A DNA stretch of 64,000 bases from the human T2T-CHM13v2.0 reference genome, Homo sapiens: assembly GCF_009914755.1 (NCBI RefSeq), contig NC_060940.1. One strand, 5' to 3'. Position numbers and translations under genes: made by a program. Below, piece after piece: positions 43,181 to 56,579 of this stretch (positions are counted from its first letter, which is position 1; each line of letters starts with the position of its first letter). The notes beneath the pieces were generated by a model, which did no database searches, had not been told where the DNA came from, and saw only the letters and a program-made list of their open reading frames with translations.

Positions 43181-44479
43181 AAGGTGACATTTAAGTTGAC
43201 TCTTAAAGGAGCAGTAGGAATTCAATCAGAATTCCATTTCTGGGGACAGCTGCAGTCTTATAGGTGGTATTTAAAATTATTTGGCTCTTTCAAATAAAAA
43301 GGGGAGTGAATAATCTTGGGTATTAATAAAAGGCTAGCCAGCTTGTCATGACACACAGCCTCACTGGGTCATGAATATGCTACCCCAGGCTGTGCATGGG
43401 AGTGGGATGCAGCAGGGCAAGAACTGGGGGGAAGTTTTGCTTCCTGTTCTCCAGGACATCTCAAAGGCACTGGGGAAAAAAATCCCATCCTGCACAAGGA
43501 AGAAAGGTTAAAGTTGAGGAGTATGTCACAGCACCGAATTTCCATGGCTCTTTCCTGCCTTGCCTAGGAGACAGTTGTGGATCAGTATTAGTGAACTGGC
43601 ATTACTAATCTTTGGAAATTCAGTGACAGTGAGTGGATTGCATTTTATTTTTCATTTTGTTTTAATCTTGTTTTTAAAAGACTGGGTGTAGTTCCCGATT
43701 ACAGGTCTGTTGGCTCATCCTTAATTGCAAGGCTCTTGTAACCCAGAAGATGCCAATATCCAAGTGGGTACTCAGCTGGCTGTTCTGATATGGCCCTAAC
43801 AGTTGTTTACAGTTGGTGTTCTCAGTGTTCCTTATGACCAGTCAGTGGCTGGGCTGTAAAATTATTCAGTGTTTTGAATACCATGCTGGACCAAGGCAAA
43901 GTTTGAAATATATGAAGCATGAGAATAAAAGACTTCCTAGGTAGCAGGTCACCTGCCCAAATCATAAGTAAGGGCCAACAAGCTAGAGCTGCTGAGTAGA
44001 GTACCCTGAACAGGAAAAGGACAAAAACTAGTAGACATGACAAAGGAGGGCTGCTGCATGGTCAAAGGCACCAGGAACCTATCAGAGGATGGGGCTACAG
44101 GACTTACCTTCTGAAACTACAAGCTTTACTGAAAGGAATATAATACATGAAGAGAAACACATTGGAAAATTACTAGCTAAGAATAGAAATTTCCTTCTTA
44201 AAGGTTCCTATCTATACCTTAAAGGCCAGAGATCTATTGAAGGGCAAACACCTGGGAAGGATAGCATTGCAAATTCTTACCTTCAGGATGAATTTCACAC
44301 CCTTTCCAGATGACAGATTTGACACTGGAAATGAAGTAAACAGACACGACCCTGGTCTGCAGAAGAGAGGTACTGCACTGAGTTCTCTGAAGTGATAAAA
44401 ATAAAGCCAACCTATTTCAAAAATTTGTCCAGGGCTGGGCTGCTGATGGCAACACTTGAGAAGTTTCATCAGCAACTCT

Positions 44480-45255
44480 GTCCTCTCCTTGGCCTCATGT
44501 CCAAATCGGTGTCATGTTCTGTGAATTCTTCATCCTCCATGTCCTCTATATCCATCTCTCTTTTCCATCCCACTCCACCCTAGTTTGGCTCTTTCTTGTC
44601 TGAGCTCTTGCGAGAGCCTCTTCCTGAGTTTCCCTCCTCCAGTCTCTCCTCTACTCCGTTGACTGCCAGATTGTCTTACAGCATAGATGAAACCACGTGA
44701 TTTCTGTGCCCCAAGACTTTGATGTCTACAGAATAAAGTTCAAGCTTCTCAACGTTGTCACCTGGAATCTGGCCACAATTGATCTTTTCAGGCCTATCTC
44801 TCCCTATCTCCTTTTCTAATTACACATTTTTGATTCTTGCCCAACCCAACCACTCACTATTTCCCAAGCACACCCTATACTTTCCCACGCCTTTGACTCC
44901 CACATGACCTTTGTCACACCTGCCTCCCTTCTGCTCTGCCTGACAAATTTTAACCTCTTCTTCAAACACCAGCCCAAATGCTCAGTTCCATAAAGCTTCT
45001 GTGACCTTGCCTCGCCTGCCTCAGAGAGAAGTAATTTGCTTTTAGAGTTCACACAGTGCCTGTGAATACTTGTTGAGTGACTGAATCAACTTGCTCATAG
45101 CAATTTCATATTGTCTCTTACACCTCAATTGGTTGCAATACGTGCACTGGTCTGTCACCTCCCGAGATTCCAGGATCCCTAAAGATATGAACAAGGCCTT
45201 GTTTGTATCCCACACAGAATTTGTACTTTGCACATAGTAAGGGCTTCTTAAATTT
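44480..45255 (+). mobile_element. L2 3' remnants
   Basis: TACAGAATAAAGTTCAAGCTTCTCA...GTGAATACTTGTTGAGTGACTGAA. Confidence 0.6.
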
Positions 45256-45726
45256 AGTTATACTCTACTAACAATAAAATTTATGTGTTTTGACACATTT
45301 TTTGTTCTGAGTTACTTATATAAACAAGCATGTAGTTCTATCTTTAATAATGAAGAATTAATGGTACCTGTAGATGAATTTAACGGTGAGACACAGTGGT
45401 GGAGCTAAGGCGACCTCCCCAACTTCTGGTCCAGTGTTCTTTGCTCCACCATACTTTATCCATACATCAGCATTCCTCAAAGAACTAGAACACTTCAGAA
45501 TAGTTACTTCTTTAAGCACCTGAAAGAAGAGCCTATCAGAGAAGCAATGTCTGAGCAGGAGAAACCATGTGCTCTCCCCACACCCCAAATGATGCACAGA
45601 AGGCACATCCATGCTGGTCATGCACAAGATGCCTGTTTCACTTAGTCTCCGAGGTCAAGCTTACCACCTTAGGTCACTCTTTTATCTCAGGACAGCAGGG
45701 AAATAAAGAAGTCAATAGACCCCACT

Positions 45727-46030
45727 GGCCCGGCACAGTGGCTTATGCCTATAATCCCAGCAGTTAGGGAGGCCAAGGCGGGAGGATCACTTGAGCCCAG
45801 AAATTCAAGACCAGCCTGGGTAACACAGCAAGACCCCATGTCTTTACACGGGGTCTCTACAAAAACAAAACAAAACAAAAAACTAGCCAGGTGTGGTGGT
45901 GCATGCCTAAAGTTTCAGCTACTCAGGAGGCTGAGGTGGGAGGATCACTTGAACCTGGGAGTTCAAGGTTACAGTGAGCTATGATCATGCCCCTCCACTC
46001 CAGCCGGGATGACAGAATGAGACTGTTTAT

Positions 46031-46065
<35 letters not shown>
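45727..46065 (+). mobile_element. AluJ SINE with (TAA)11 tail and hairpin-forming insertion
   Basis: J-type diagnostics; (TAA)n at 46033-46065. Confidence 0.95.
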
Positions 46066-46066
<1 letters not shown>

Positions 46067-46246
46067 GCCTCACAAAATCCTAGAAGCTCTTATTTCGACA
46101 TAATCCTTTTCACATAGCCCATAGATGCTAGGTGTGTAGTCACATTTGAAGAAATCAATCTAGGTCACAGATGAAAAATTGGTTAATTCTTATACCTGAC
46201 ATCACATGTGCATGTACATCCACACACACATGCATGCACACTCACA

Positions 46247-46248
<2 letters not shown>

Positions 46249-46282
<34 letters not shown>
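46249..46282. repeat. (CA)17 microsatellite
   Basis: Direct reading of the sequence. Confidence 0.97.
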
Positions 46283-46285
<3 letters not shown>

Positions 46286-47959
46286 AGCAACAGTCTTCAG
46301 AAGCAAAAGCATCTCTAAGCTACCAAACACTACTTTCTGAGATTCCCTACCCAGTTCTTCCTATGAGCACTTTATTCCCACTGAACATGGTCATCCCCAG
46401 CTGAAGACTATACCCTATGCTATGGAATCCATCCTCTCTGTCAAGCTACATATTTGTACGCTTTGTTATCCAATCCAACTGGCCCAGGCTTTGTGAGCAG
46501 TGTCTGAGTATTCCTCTGGGAATTCTTTGGTTACTAGATTATTCTGGGCTGTGGTTATCTTTCAATACCTCATAGGTATTATCTAGCCTTTCCAGTGATA
46601 ATAATTAGAGCAATTAGCATGGCCAGTAGCTTTGGACTGATTTATTCTCTTAAGCTAATGTGCAGGTAGGAAAGATTTAACTGCCCTGGTTCTGTCAAGG
46701 TCCAAGTGGTGCGTAGGCTTCCACTGCTTAGTCAAGCATTTCCGGGGTTAATTTTCATTAAAATGACCCTGACACTAATGACAAGTGACTGTTTCTGCCC
46801 CCATTTCAATTTCATAATAATGTCCTTTTATTTGCTTCTCACTAAAGGATACAGACACATTGCCAAAAGCTTCCATTTGTCTCCATTATATATCATTTTT
46901 AATTTTAATTTCAGAATTGTTTCTTTGTAAGAATTTTGTCTCTCTCTTAGAACAAAAAATATTTGAGGGCAGAAACTGTATTTTATTTGATAACCGGTAC
47001 ATAAGGTGGTTGAAATGATAAAACAAACAAACAAACAAACAACAATTCCACATCTGAACTAACAATATTCTAGAGATTCGCAAAGAAGCATTTGGATTTC
47101 AGTCTCGCCACAACATGTCAAGAGAGACCTTTTGTCAGTTCCTTAACCCCTTGATCTCCATCAGCAAAAATGAGCATAATAATGCTCACCTAAAAAGGTT
47201 TTAGCGAAGATGAGATGAGAAAAAATTTTATGAAAGTACCTGGCATTGCTTGGATGTCAAATGAATCTGAGCATATTACCATATTACCAAATAGCTGAGA
47301 CCTAATAAAAAACCCACCCTCCCTAAATGCTCATGAAAATGTAACTAAACCAAGAAGAATTTAATATGTTTCTTTTATGCCCCTCTGCCTGATTTCATTT
47401 GTAGGAAAAAAAAAGCCTATAAAATTTAGTGTTTTTAGGAATTGTAAAGACTACTTAGCTTAATGTCCGCATTTAATAGGAAAAGAAACTGAGATTCAGA
47501 GACGTTAACTTCAAGGTTATATGGCTAATAATTAGCATGCTGATTCCCCTTACATTTTGCACACAGGATAGTCTGCACTGTTATTCTGAAAGATGTGTTA
47601 AAGAGCTGATCCTTCCTCTTGAGTCTAGGGTGAGAATGACTGATGACAGCAATTCACCTTGAATCCTTTTTATAACTTTTTGTTATGCTTCCAATGATTA
47701 AAGGGACACATGCTTATTCTAGAACATTTGGAAGAAAAGTGTAAGAAAGAAAATTAAAACTACCTACAGTTCATCATCTAGTGATAAATATTTTTAACAT
47801 TTTAGCATGATTAATAAAATTGGGATGATTCTATATTTTTGTACTTGAATTAAAAAAATTGACATTATTCTATTGATATTTCCCCATATTATTAAAGTCT
47901 TTGAAAATATGATTTCAAAGGGCCGTATAACATTCTTCCATGTGGATTTATCATTGCTC

Positions 47960-48212
47960 AGGAGGCAGAATGGTATGCCCTTAAGAGTCAGAGAGACGTG
48001 GCATAGAATTCCAATCCCACCCCTCTAACAGCTAGGTGATACAAAACCAGCTACTAATCCTCATTAAGCCTCAGTCCTCACATCTGCAAAATATTGATAA
48101 TATTCACCACATGTGGTTTCTATCAAGGTTAAATGATGTGGCATATATATGTACTTAGCATTGTGCCCCCACACAATGAGCACTTCATAAATGGTAGCTA
48201 TTTATTGTTATT
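47960..48212 (+). mobile_element. MIR SINE within an old L1M remnant
   Basis: AAGCCTCAGTCCTCACATCTGCAAAAT...GAGCACTTCATAAATGGTAGCTATT. Confidence 0.75.
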
Positions 48213-49151
48213 ATGTTATCACATTCTTATTATTGGACATTTAGGTTGTTTCCAGTTATAAGTAAACACCTAAACGCCAAGTGAAATATCTTCCCCGTAG
48301 CCCCCATGGTAACCTACCTGAAATATGTATCTGTTATGCTTACTCCTGTGCTTGAAATCTGTAGCTCCCCATCAAAGGTTTTCAAACTTTCTTTTCAGAA
48401 GTGGAAGCCTTTTGTTAAACATCTTAAGGAAAACTTCCCAGGCAACTTGGGTTGTGGCAGGGGTGGGGTTCGAGCCTGGACCAATTCCCAGCCCTTCTCC
48501 CACCGTCGTTGACATAGGCCCCTAAAGCATTTCTGAGGAATGCTAAGGCTACTCTGAACACACTGGGAGGAATTTTGGCCTACTGGGTGAAAGGAAGGTT
48601 CTGAGTATCGTGTACGATACCTCCAAACTGCTCGTTCCTGAAAGACCCCGATGCAGTTTATTCCCTTACGATTTTGTTATGTTGTTGCTTTTGCCTGGAA
48701 TGTTCTTAACTCCCATCTTCCCAAGGCTAACACCTACAATGGACTCCATCTGCACATCACTTCACCCAGGAAGCCATCCCTGCTCCAGCCTGCTGAGACA
48801 CTCTTCTCCCGTTTCTAGGATACCTGGTCAAGTTCTCCATCACTGTGGGGAACACAGAGCTGAACTGTGAGCTCTTACAGGACACAGACTGCATCTCATT
48901 GACAGCTGTATTCCCAGTCCCCAGCATAACGTCTGGTACTGCTAAATGCTCACCAAAACTATTTGTTAAATCTACAAACTTATGAATAAATTTGGGGTGC
49001 CTCTCTATTTCTTTAGGATAGTTTTGCAGAAGCAGATTACTGGGTCAAAAGGATGACCACTTTTAGGCTTCTTTTCTTTCTTGTATATTTTTTCCCTTAC
49101 TTCTCTACAGATGAGTACAATATTTTTCTTGTATACTCTTTATATATTACT

Positions 49152-49997
49152 TTTTTTTTTTTTTTTACTTTCCAACTTTATTTTAGGTTCGGGGGTACAT
49201 GTGCAGGATTGTTACATGAGTAAACTGGGTGGCATGGGGCTTTGGTGTACAGATTATTTTATCACCCGTAATAAGCACAGTACCCCATTGGTAGAGAATG
49301 ATCCTCATTCTCTTCCCACCCTCTAGCCTCAAGTAAGCCCAATGTCTATTGTTCCCTTCTTTATGTCCATGTGTTTTCAGTGTTTAGCTCTCACTTATAA
49401 GTGAGAACATGCAGTATTTGGTTTTCTGTTCCTATGTTAGTGTGCTTAGGATAATGGCCTCTAGCTCCATCCATGTTGCTGTCAAGTATATTATCTCATT
49501 CTTATTTACGGCTGCATAATATTCCATGGTATATATGTACCACACTTTTTAAAATCCAGTCCACTGTTGATGGGCATTTAGGTTGATTGCATATCTTTGC
49601 TATTGTGAATAGTGCTGTGATGAACATAAGTGTGCATGTGTCTTTATGGTAGAACAATTTATATTCCTTTGGGTATGTAACCAGTAACGAGATTGCTGGG
49701 TTGAACGGTAGTTCTGTTTTAAGTTCTTCGAGAAATTGCCAAACTGCTTTCCACAAGGGCTGAACTAATTTACATTCCCACAGCAGTGCATAAGCATTCC
49801 TTTTTCTCCACAACCTCACCAATATTTTTTTTTCTTTTTTCTTTTTAATAATAGGCATTCTGACTGGTGTGAGATGGTATCTCACTGTGATTTAGATTTG
49901 CCTTTCTCTAATGATTAGTGACATTGAGTATTTTTTCATATGCTTGTTGCCTGTGTGTATGCCTTCTTTTCATAAATGTCTGCTCATGTCCTCTGTC
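49152..49997 (-). mobile_element. L1PA15/16-type LINE-1, 5'-truncated
   Basis: Poly(T), L1 3' UTR and ORF2 C-terminus; TSD TAGGCTTCTT at 49064-49073 and 49998-50007. Confidence 0.92.
49502..49885 (-). pseudogene. LINE-1 ORF2p C-terminal remnant (not a host gene)
   Basis: MRYHLTPVRM...[11 protein letters not shown]...DTCTLMFITALFTIAK...NQPKCPS is the L1 ORF2p C-terminus. Confidence 0.9.
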
Positions 49998-50699
49998 TAG
50001 GCTTCTTGATGCACTCTTGGTAAGATTTATTGCAGAAAATTATAAGACATTTATTTGAAAGACAACTGTCTCTCCTGTGTCCATTAGGGTTTGCTATTTG
50101 TGTTTGGGAATGCAGCTGAAGAAGCCAATATTTGAACCATAAAAATTGGCTATTTTTTTTGCGGTGCCTGATTTGAGATAAACAGAGCTAAACAGAGGTA
50201 CCAGTGCTTGAGGTGACCAGTACAAAGTAGGGCCCTAGAAAATGTTACTGTCCAGCAGCACATATTACCAGAGGGCTGGAGGTACACACCGCTGAAGGCT
50301 GGTGACTTTAGTCACTTTCCATACACGTAATTTCTCCGAACCTATTTTCTCATCTGTAAATGGGTTTACCAATACCTCTTAGGGGAGCATGTGATGATTG
50401 AGTTGAATCAAATGGGCCAACACACGTAGAATCCTAACACATTCATTTGTGTGCTTTTACTGACTGGTAAGGAGGAGAGCTAGGCACTAGGATAATAGAG
50501 TTCCAAGTTTAGGAAATATTTAAACTGACCTCTCTGATTGTCTTCCCTTTTCATAAGATCCCATAGTGTTCATACACAAACCATTAGGATATAACCAGGT
50601 TATCCCATTTTGTCACATGGAAGATAGAGAAATCACAACTATAAAAATCTTACATTTAAAGGGAAATTGAATAGGTTGAGATGACTCTAAGACACTTTA

Positions 50700-51190
50700 A
50701 ATTATTACACTCAATCCTATGGTTTTAATTACTCATATGCCCATGACTTCAAAAATCCAAATCTCTAGCCCAGAACTTTCTCCTGAGTTGACTCATCTGC
50801 CTAGATGGACCAACTGCCTAGATGGTCCAGGTATGGCAAACTCAGCACGCTCAAAGCTGGATCCATCCCCACTCCCAACTATTTCTGTCCAAATTTGCTC
50901 TTCCTGCTGTAACTTCCCATATCATCATCACCCATTTTGTTACCCCAAGCCAAACACTTGGGAGTCATGATCAACACTTCCCTCTTCTCAACCCCACATC
51001 TAAGTAGTCACCAAATCCTGATGTTCTAACACCTAGATATCATTCACACCCATCCCTTCTCCTCCTCAGCTGTCGCTACCTTGGATCAGCTCTTCATTAT
51101 TTCTTGCCTGGATTAACACAGTGACCTCCCAACTGGTCTCCCTGATTCTGGTCTTGCTCCCTCCATTCCATCACTCATATTCCTGTCATA
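50700..51190 (+). mobile_element. L2 RT-region remnant
   Basis: TATGCCCATGACTTC (degenerate YADD)...TCTCTAGCCCAGAACTTTCTCCTGAG...CTCCCAACTGGTCTCCCTG. Confidence 0.72.
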
Positions 51191-51876
51191 AGCATATAAT
51201 CAATCTGGATGAAAAAGAGCTGTAAACGGCAATAGATATCAATGTCTTCAAATCGTGTTCTTTAAAAAATATGAGGTCATAGGTTAAGACATAATCAGTT
51301 AAACATAGTTCTCCTGGAGACAGGTTGACTGCTTGGCTTGAGAATCAAATGAAATATAACAATGAATGATATATCAGTTCACTTTAAATAATACTCATGG
51401 AGAACCGACATTGATTGGATTGTGCAGAGATGATGTGGGGGTAGCACTGGAAGGGCACAGAGGATTAAGGTGAAGTTCTCCAGTGTCTTGAGGGCCACAT
51501 GGTCTTTGTGAACGTGGCAGGCAGAGGATCATTTACGAAAGCCTATTATAGCTTGATAATTCCAGGAACCAAAGTCACAACCAACAGTAACAACCTTTTC
51601 TCCTCTCAAAATGACACATACATTACTACAGTCTCTAAAAGGAGGCTTTTTCAGTTTCATGACCACAACGAACTCCAAATATGAGGGGCTTTAGATGAAG
51701 CTACCAGTGCCTCAAACCTTTGACACATCCACTGCCTGAAGGTTAAAGGGAAAACAGTCTAAGTTTCCCATGTTTAGAGAAAATGGCAGTGAGTATAAAA
51801 TGGGATGAAGCCTGAAAATTGGAATAAGGCAAACATGACTAGCAAACAAATAGAGATGAGACATGGTGTTTTAGAT

Positions 51877-52158
51877 TAGTGATTCTCAAACTGTGTGAGC
51901 TAAAGATCAGTTTTTAAAACATATCCAAACATTATGGACTAATATTTTTGTAAAACACAATAAAGTTAATCTTAAAAAATAAAATATCAAAGAAATATAA
52001 AATACAAGGCCTGTATTTAATGATGAGGATTGCACAGATATATAATTACTCTGTCATGCTGCTGCAAAATTTTCTAAGTGTTCATTCTTAATTTTTATAT
52101 GTGTTTTATTACAAACCAGTAACAAACTGGTCCATTGACCTCACTTTGAATAGCACTG
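51877..52158 (-). mobile_element. Charlie18a-like hAT MITE
   Basis: TIRs TAGTGATTCTCAAA / TTTGAATAGCACTG; near-match 8-bp TSD TTTTAGAT/TTTTAAAG. Confidence 0.72.
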
Positions 52159-53859
52159 TTTTAAAGCATTTATTAAAGATAGGTGGGAAAAATTTTCCTC
52201 ACAAAGATATACTTTTGGGAAGACACCCATTTGTCATCTGATATGCTTGGATTTTTCCTTCAAAGATGGAAACATTTTGGCTATTTGGGTCTTGGAGAAC
52301 TTCAATCTCTGGTCACGCCAAGTTGACACCATTTCGTGAGAAAATACCTATCAAACTAGTGAGCTCCAAGTCAATCTCTAGAAAAACAATGGTTGTGTGG
52401 ATTAAAAGCCCTCATTAGAGAATATATAAGCTGTGACTATAATGTTCACTGTATTGTTTAGTGATGGATTTTTCAATCAACTATAAAGAATGTCCCTCCA
52501 TGCCTTTCAGATCTCAATCAATTATCATGATGTCTGATTTGAGAGGCTGATAGCCACAGTGATAGAAACTCTAGTGATGGGGCAGGTTTTGCTGAACAAT
52601 AAATATCTGTCAAGCACAAGCTATATGCAGGCTTCTTGCTGTCCTTATTCTAAACACAAGGGCAGCTGTCTCTCTCTGGAAAAGACATGCATAGTCTGTG
52701 CTTAAACATCAGAAGGAAGATCTCAGCTTCTCAGACCCACTATTGTTTTAGGTTAAAAAGGCTAAGAAATGTTGGTAAAGCAGGGATAGTCAAAAGAAAG
52801 AATGAACAGAGGTATTTATTTCTTACCACTTAAAATCTTGTTTACAGATAAGCTGTCCTCATACTGTGGCTTGAAACCCCATTAGAAGACACATTTAACA
52901 TGACTGTCATGGGCTGTTTCTCATTATAGCCAATGGTGAAATAATGGTTAGTAGTAACTTTAGAAATAAGGAAATGGATATAGTGCATGAAGAGGATAAG
53001 TATTAACTTATAGATCAAACTTCAATTTGAGGGGACTGACATGAAGAGGTTGGAGGAGTGAAGACTTCAGGGAGACAGCCTTTAAGCAGTGAAAAACAAA
53101 TCCTATGGAAGTGGGAGTTCTGGTCAGCAAACATGCACTGAACATGTTCTAAGTGTTAGGGATGCAAAGTTAATAAAACACTGTCTCCATTTTTATAGTC
53201 TGGTGTCAGAGGCAGACATGTATACAAATGATTGCAAAATGGTAGGAGATAGGCAGAAACAGGAATTTATACAAGATATTGATATACAGATGAGACAGTG
53301 ATTAACTCTGTCAGAATTGTCAGAAAACATAAAAACTTACAAAGCCATTTATATTGGTAAAAATGACTCTCAAAATGTTAAGGTAAATCATTTCTATAAG
53401 TTGCTAAAGGGAAAACTAAGGTTTAATTTACCTGTAGTCCAGTATGCACTTGAACCCCCCCAATAGTAAGGGATAGGTTAAAAACTCTTCATTAGGACAA
53501 TTACCTTCCACCAAAAATTATATGTACACATACCAACACCCCTAGCCCTAATCCAAACCACCTAGTAAAGCTCTTATTCAAGTAAAATCGAGTCTTTAAG
53601 AAATAACCATTCTGAGTGAGTACTGAGGGATCCACAAAAAGGCAAATAATAATGGATGAAAAGAATGAATTCTACTTGGCTTAAATCTTCAGAAGAGATG
53701 GTCATCCTACATCTTTGTTGGGCTTGGACACATTTAGATCCTCTGAACAAATATGCAACAGATAAATGCTTTGAACAGATTGAATGGAACACAGCATCTT
53801 TGTGATGGGTTGGTAACTAATAAGAATAATTACCAATACTATTGTCCTTCATTATTTCT

Positions 53860-56540
53860 GTTTTTATAACAACTTTATTGAGATATAATTCACATGCCAC
53901 AGAATTCAACCCTTTAAAGTATACAATTCAATGATTTGTGGTACATGTACACAACGTGTACAGAGCTGTGTAACTATCACCACTATCTGACTTTAGAATA
54001 TTTTTATCACCCCTAAAGAAATCTTATACCTATCGGCAGTCATTCGTCATTCCCTCCTTCCCTCAGCCCCTGGAAACCATTACTTTATTTTCTACCTCCA
54101 TGGATATGCCTATGCTAAACATTTCACATCATGGGAATCATACAATATGTGGCTTTTGTGTCTGGCTTCTTTCACTTAGCATGATGTTTTCAAGGCTTAT
54201 CCATGTTGTTAACAGGTGTCAGTATTTCATTCTTTTTGATGGCCAAATAATATTCCATTGTATGGGCAAACCATATTTTGTCTGTTCATCAGTTGATTGA
54301 CATTTGGGCTTTTTCCACTTTTGGCTACTATAAATAATTTTGCTATGAGGTTTCCTGTGCAAGTTCTTGTGTGGACATATGTTTTCAATTTTCCTGGTTT
54401 TAAACCTAGGAGTGGAATTACTGGTCATTTGGTCCCTATATATTTAACATGTTGAGAAAGTGTTACACTATTTTCCAAAGTGACTGCACCATTTTAGAAT
54501 CCCACCAGCAATGTATGAAGGTTCTCTTAACCAGCATTTGTTGTCATAGCTTCCCTTAAAGGGGAACAAACTTGCCAAACAGATGGAGAGAACAAATCAT
54601 CCGACAGTGCACAAACTATCTGGGACTTGTGATTAAAACAGCCTGCAGCAAGGAGGACAATGAGCAGAAGGGACAATCCCCAAATTCGTACAAACACAGA
54701 AACTCAGGATTAGTGTCCCCGAGTTGACCTATTCTCATTATGATAGTAAAAAACACACCCTTGGTTAGAGAATTAAGATGCTAATGAGACATGTGATGTA
54801 CACAGCACGTACAGCAACTGGCATGTGCACCCAGGAGACTACCTGCAACATGCTTAACAGCAACGTCCAACCCCACCCTCTTACGAATAATTATATAAGC
54901 TTCCTATAAAGGGAATTTCCCCAGTGTCACATGGGGCTGTCTTATTCTCGAGCAGCCTGCTATCAAGTGTACTTTTGCTTTGCAATAAACTTCTTTGCCT
55001 ATTTTACTTTGAACTCACTCTCATGACTTTGTGTCATGAAGTCAAGAACCTGAACTGACCCACTGACAACTTTGTTGTTTTGATTTTTATTTCCCTAATG
55101 ACTAATGATACTGAGCATGTTTTTATGTGCTTATTGACCATTTGGATATCTTCACTGGATAAATTTTTATTCAAGTCCTTTGCCCATTTAAAAATTGAAT
55201 TACTTGTCTTTTTATTGTTGAGTCGTAATAGTTCTTCATGTACTCTGGATACAAGTTATTTATCAGATAGATTATTTGCAAATATTTTATCCCATTCTGT
55301 GGGTTGTACTTTCACCTTCTTGATGGCGTACTTTGAAGCACAAAAGTTTTTAATTTTGATGTCCAATTTGTCTATTTTTCTTTTGTTGCTCATGCTTTTG
55401 GTGTCATAACTAAGAAACCATTGCCTAACCCAGGGTCAGGATTTGCTCCTATGTTTTCTTCTGAGATTTTTATAGTTTTATTTCTTACATTTATGTCTAT
55501 GATCGATTTTGAGTTAATTTTTGTGTATGGTGTACCTTTTGCACATGAATATCCAGTTTTTCCAGCCCCATTTGTTGATCAGACTATTCTTTCCTCATTG
55601 AATTGTCATACCACAACTTTTGAAAATCAATTGACTATAACATAAGGGGACACTTCTGGATTCTCAATTCTATTTCATTTATCTACTATTTTCTATCTTT
55701 ATGCCATTACCACACTGTCTTAATTACTATAACTTTGTAGTAGTTTGGAAATAAGAAAGTGAGAGGTCTCTAACAATCCTATTTTTCATCACTGTTTTGG
55801 CCATTCTTTTTTTTTTTTGCATTTCTGTATGCATATTAGTATCAGCATATCAATTTCTGAAATCAAGCACCTGGGATTTTGATAGGGATTGTGTTGAATC
55901 TGTAGATCACTTTGGGAAATACGGTCATCTTGACAGCTGTCTTCCAATCCATGACCATTTATTTAGGTCTTTAATTTCTTTCAAAATGATTTGCAGTTTT
56001 CAGTTACAAGTCTTGAACCTCTTTTATTAAATTTATTCCCAAGTTTAAAAAAATACTATTATAAATGGAATTGTTTTCTTAATTTCATTTTTGGATTGTT
56101 TATTGCTACTGTATAGAAATACAATTGATTTTTTGCCTATTGATCTTGTGTCGTGCAACACTGCTGAACTTGTTCACTAGTTGTAAGAGTTGCTTTTATA
56201 TGGATTGCTTAAGATTTTCTACATTCAAGATCATGCCATCTAAAAACAAAGTGAGTATCCCTTCTTCCTTTCCAATCTGGAAGCTTTTAATTGTTTTTCT
56301 TGCCTCATTATCATCACTAGATCTCCAATACAAGGCTGAATAGAAATGATGAGAGTAGATGTTTTCTCTTGTTCCTGATCTTAGGGGGAATGCATTTAGT
56401 CTTTCACCACTAAATACGATATTAATTTTGGGGTTTTTGTAAATGCTGTTTTTTTGGGTTGAGGAATTTTTCTACTATTCCTAGTTTGTTGACTGTTTTT
56501 ATCATGAATGGGTATTAGATTTTGTCAAATGCTTATTCTG
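53860..56540 (-). mobile_element. L1MB-type LINE-1 3' portion, interrupted by an ERV1 LTR
   Basis: AACTTTATTGAGATATAATTCACATGCCA 3' end followed by continuous antisense ORF2-derived sequence. Confidence 0.88.
54542..55071 (+). mobile_element. MER66-type ERV1 solo LTR
   Basis: AAAAACACACCC...TTAAGATGCTAATGAGACATG; TATAAA at 54905; AATAAA at 54984; 4-bp TSD TTGT. Confidence 0.78.
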
Positions 56541-56579
56541 CTATTTCTCTGTTTTTGAATTCAAAAGTTGCATTGTTTA

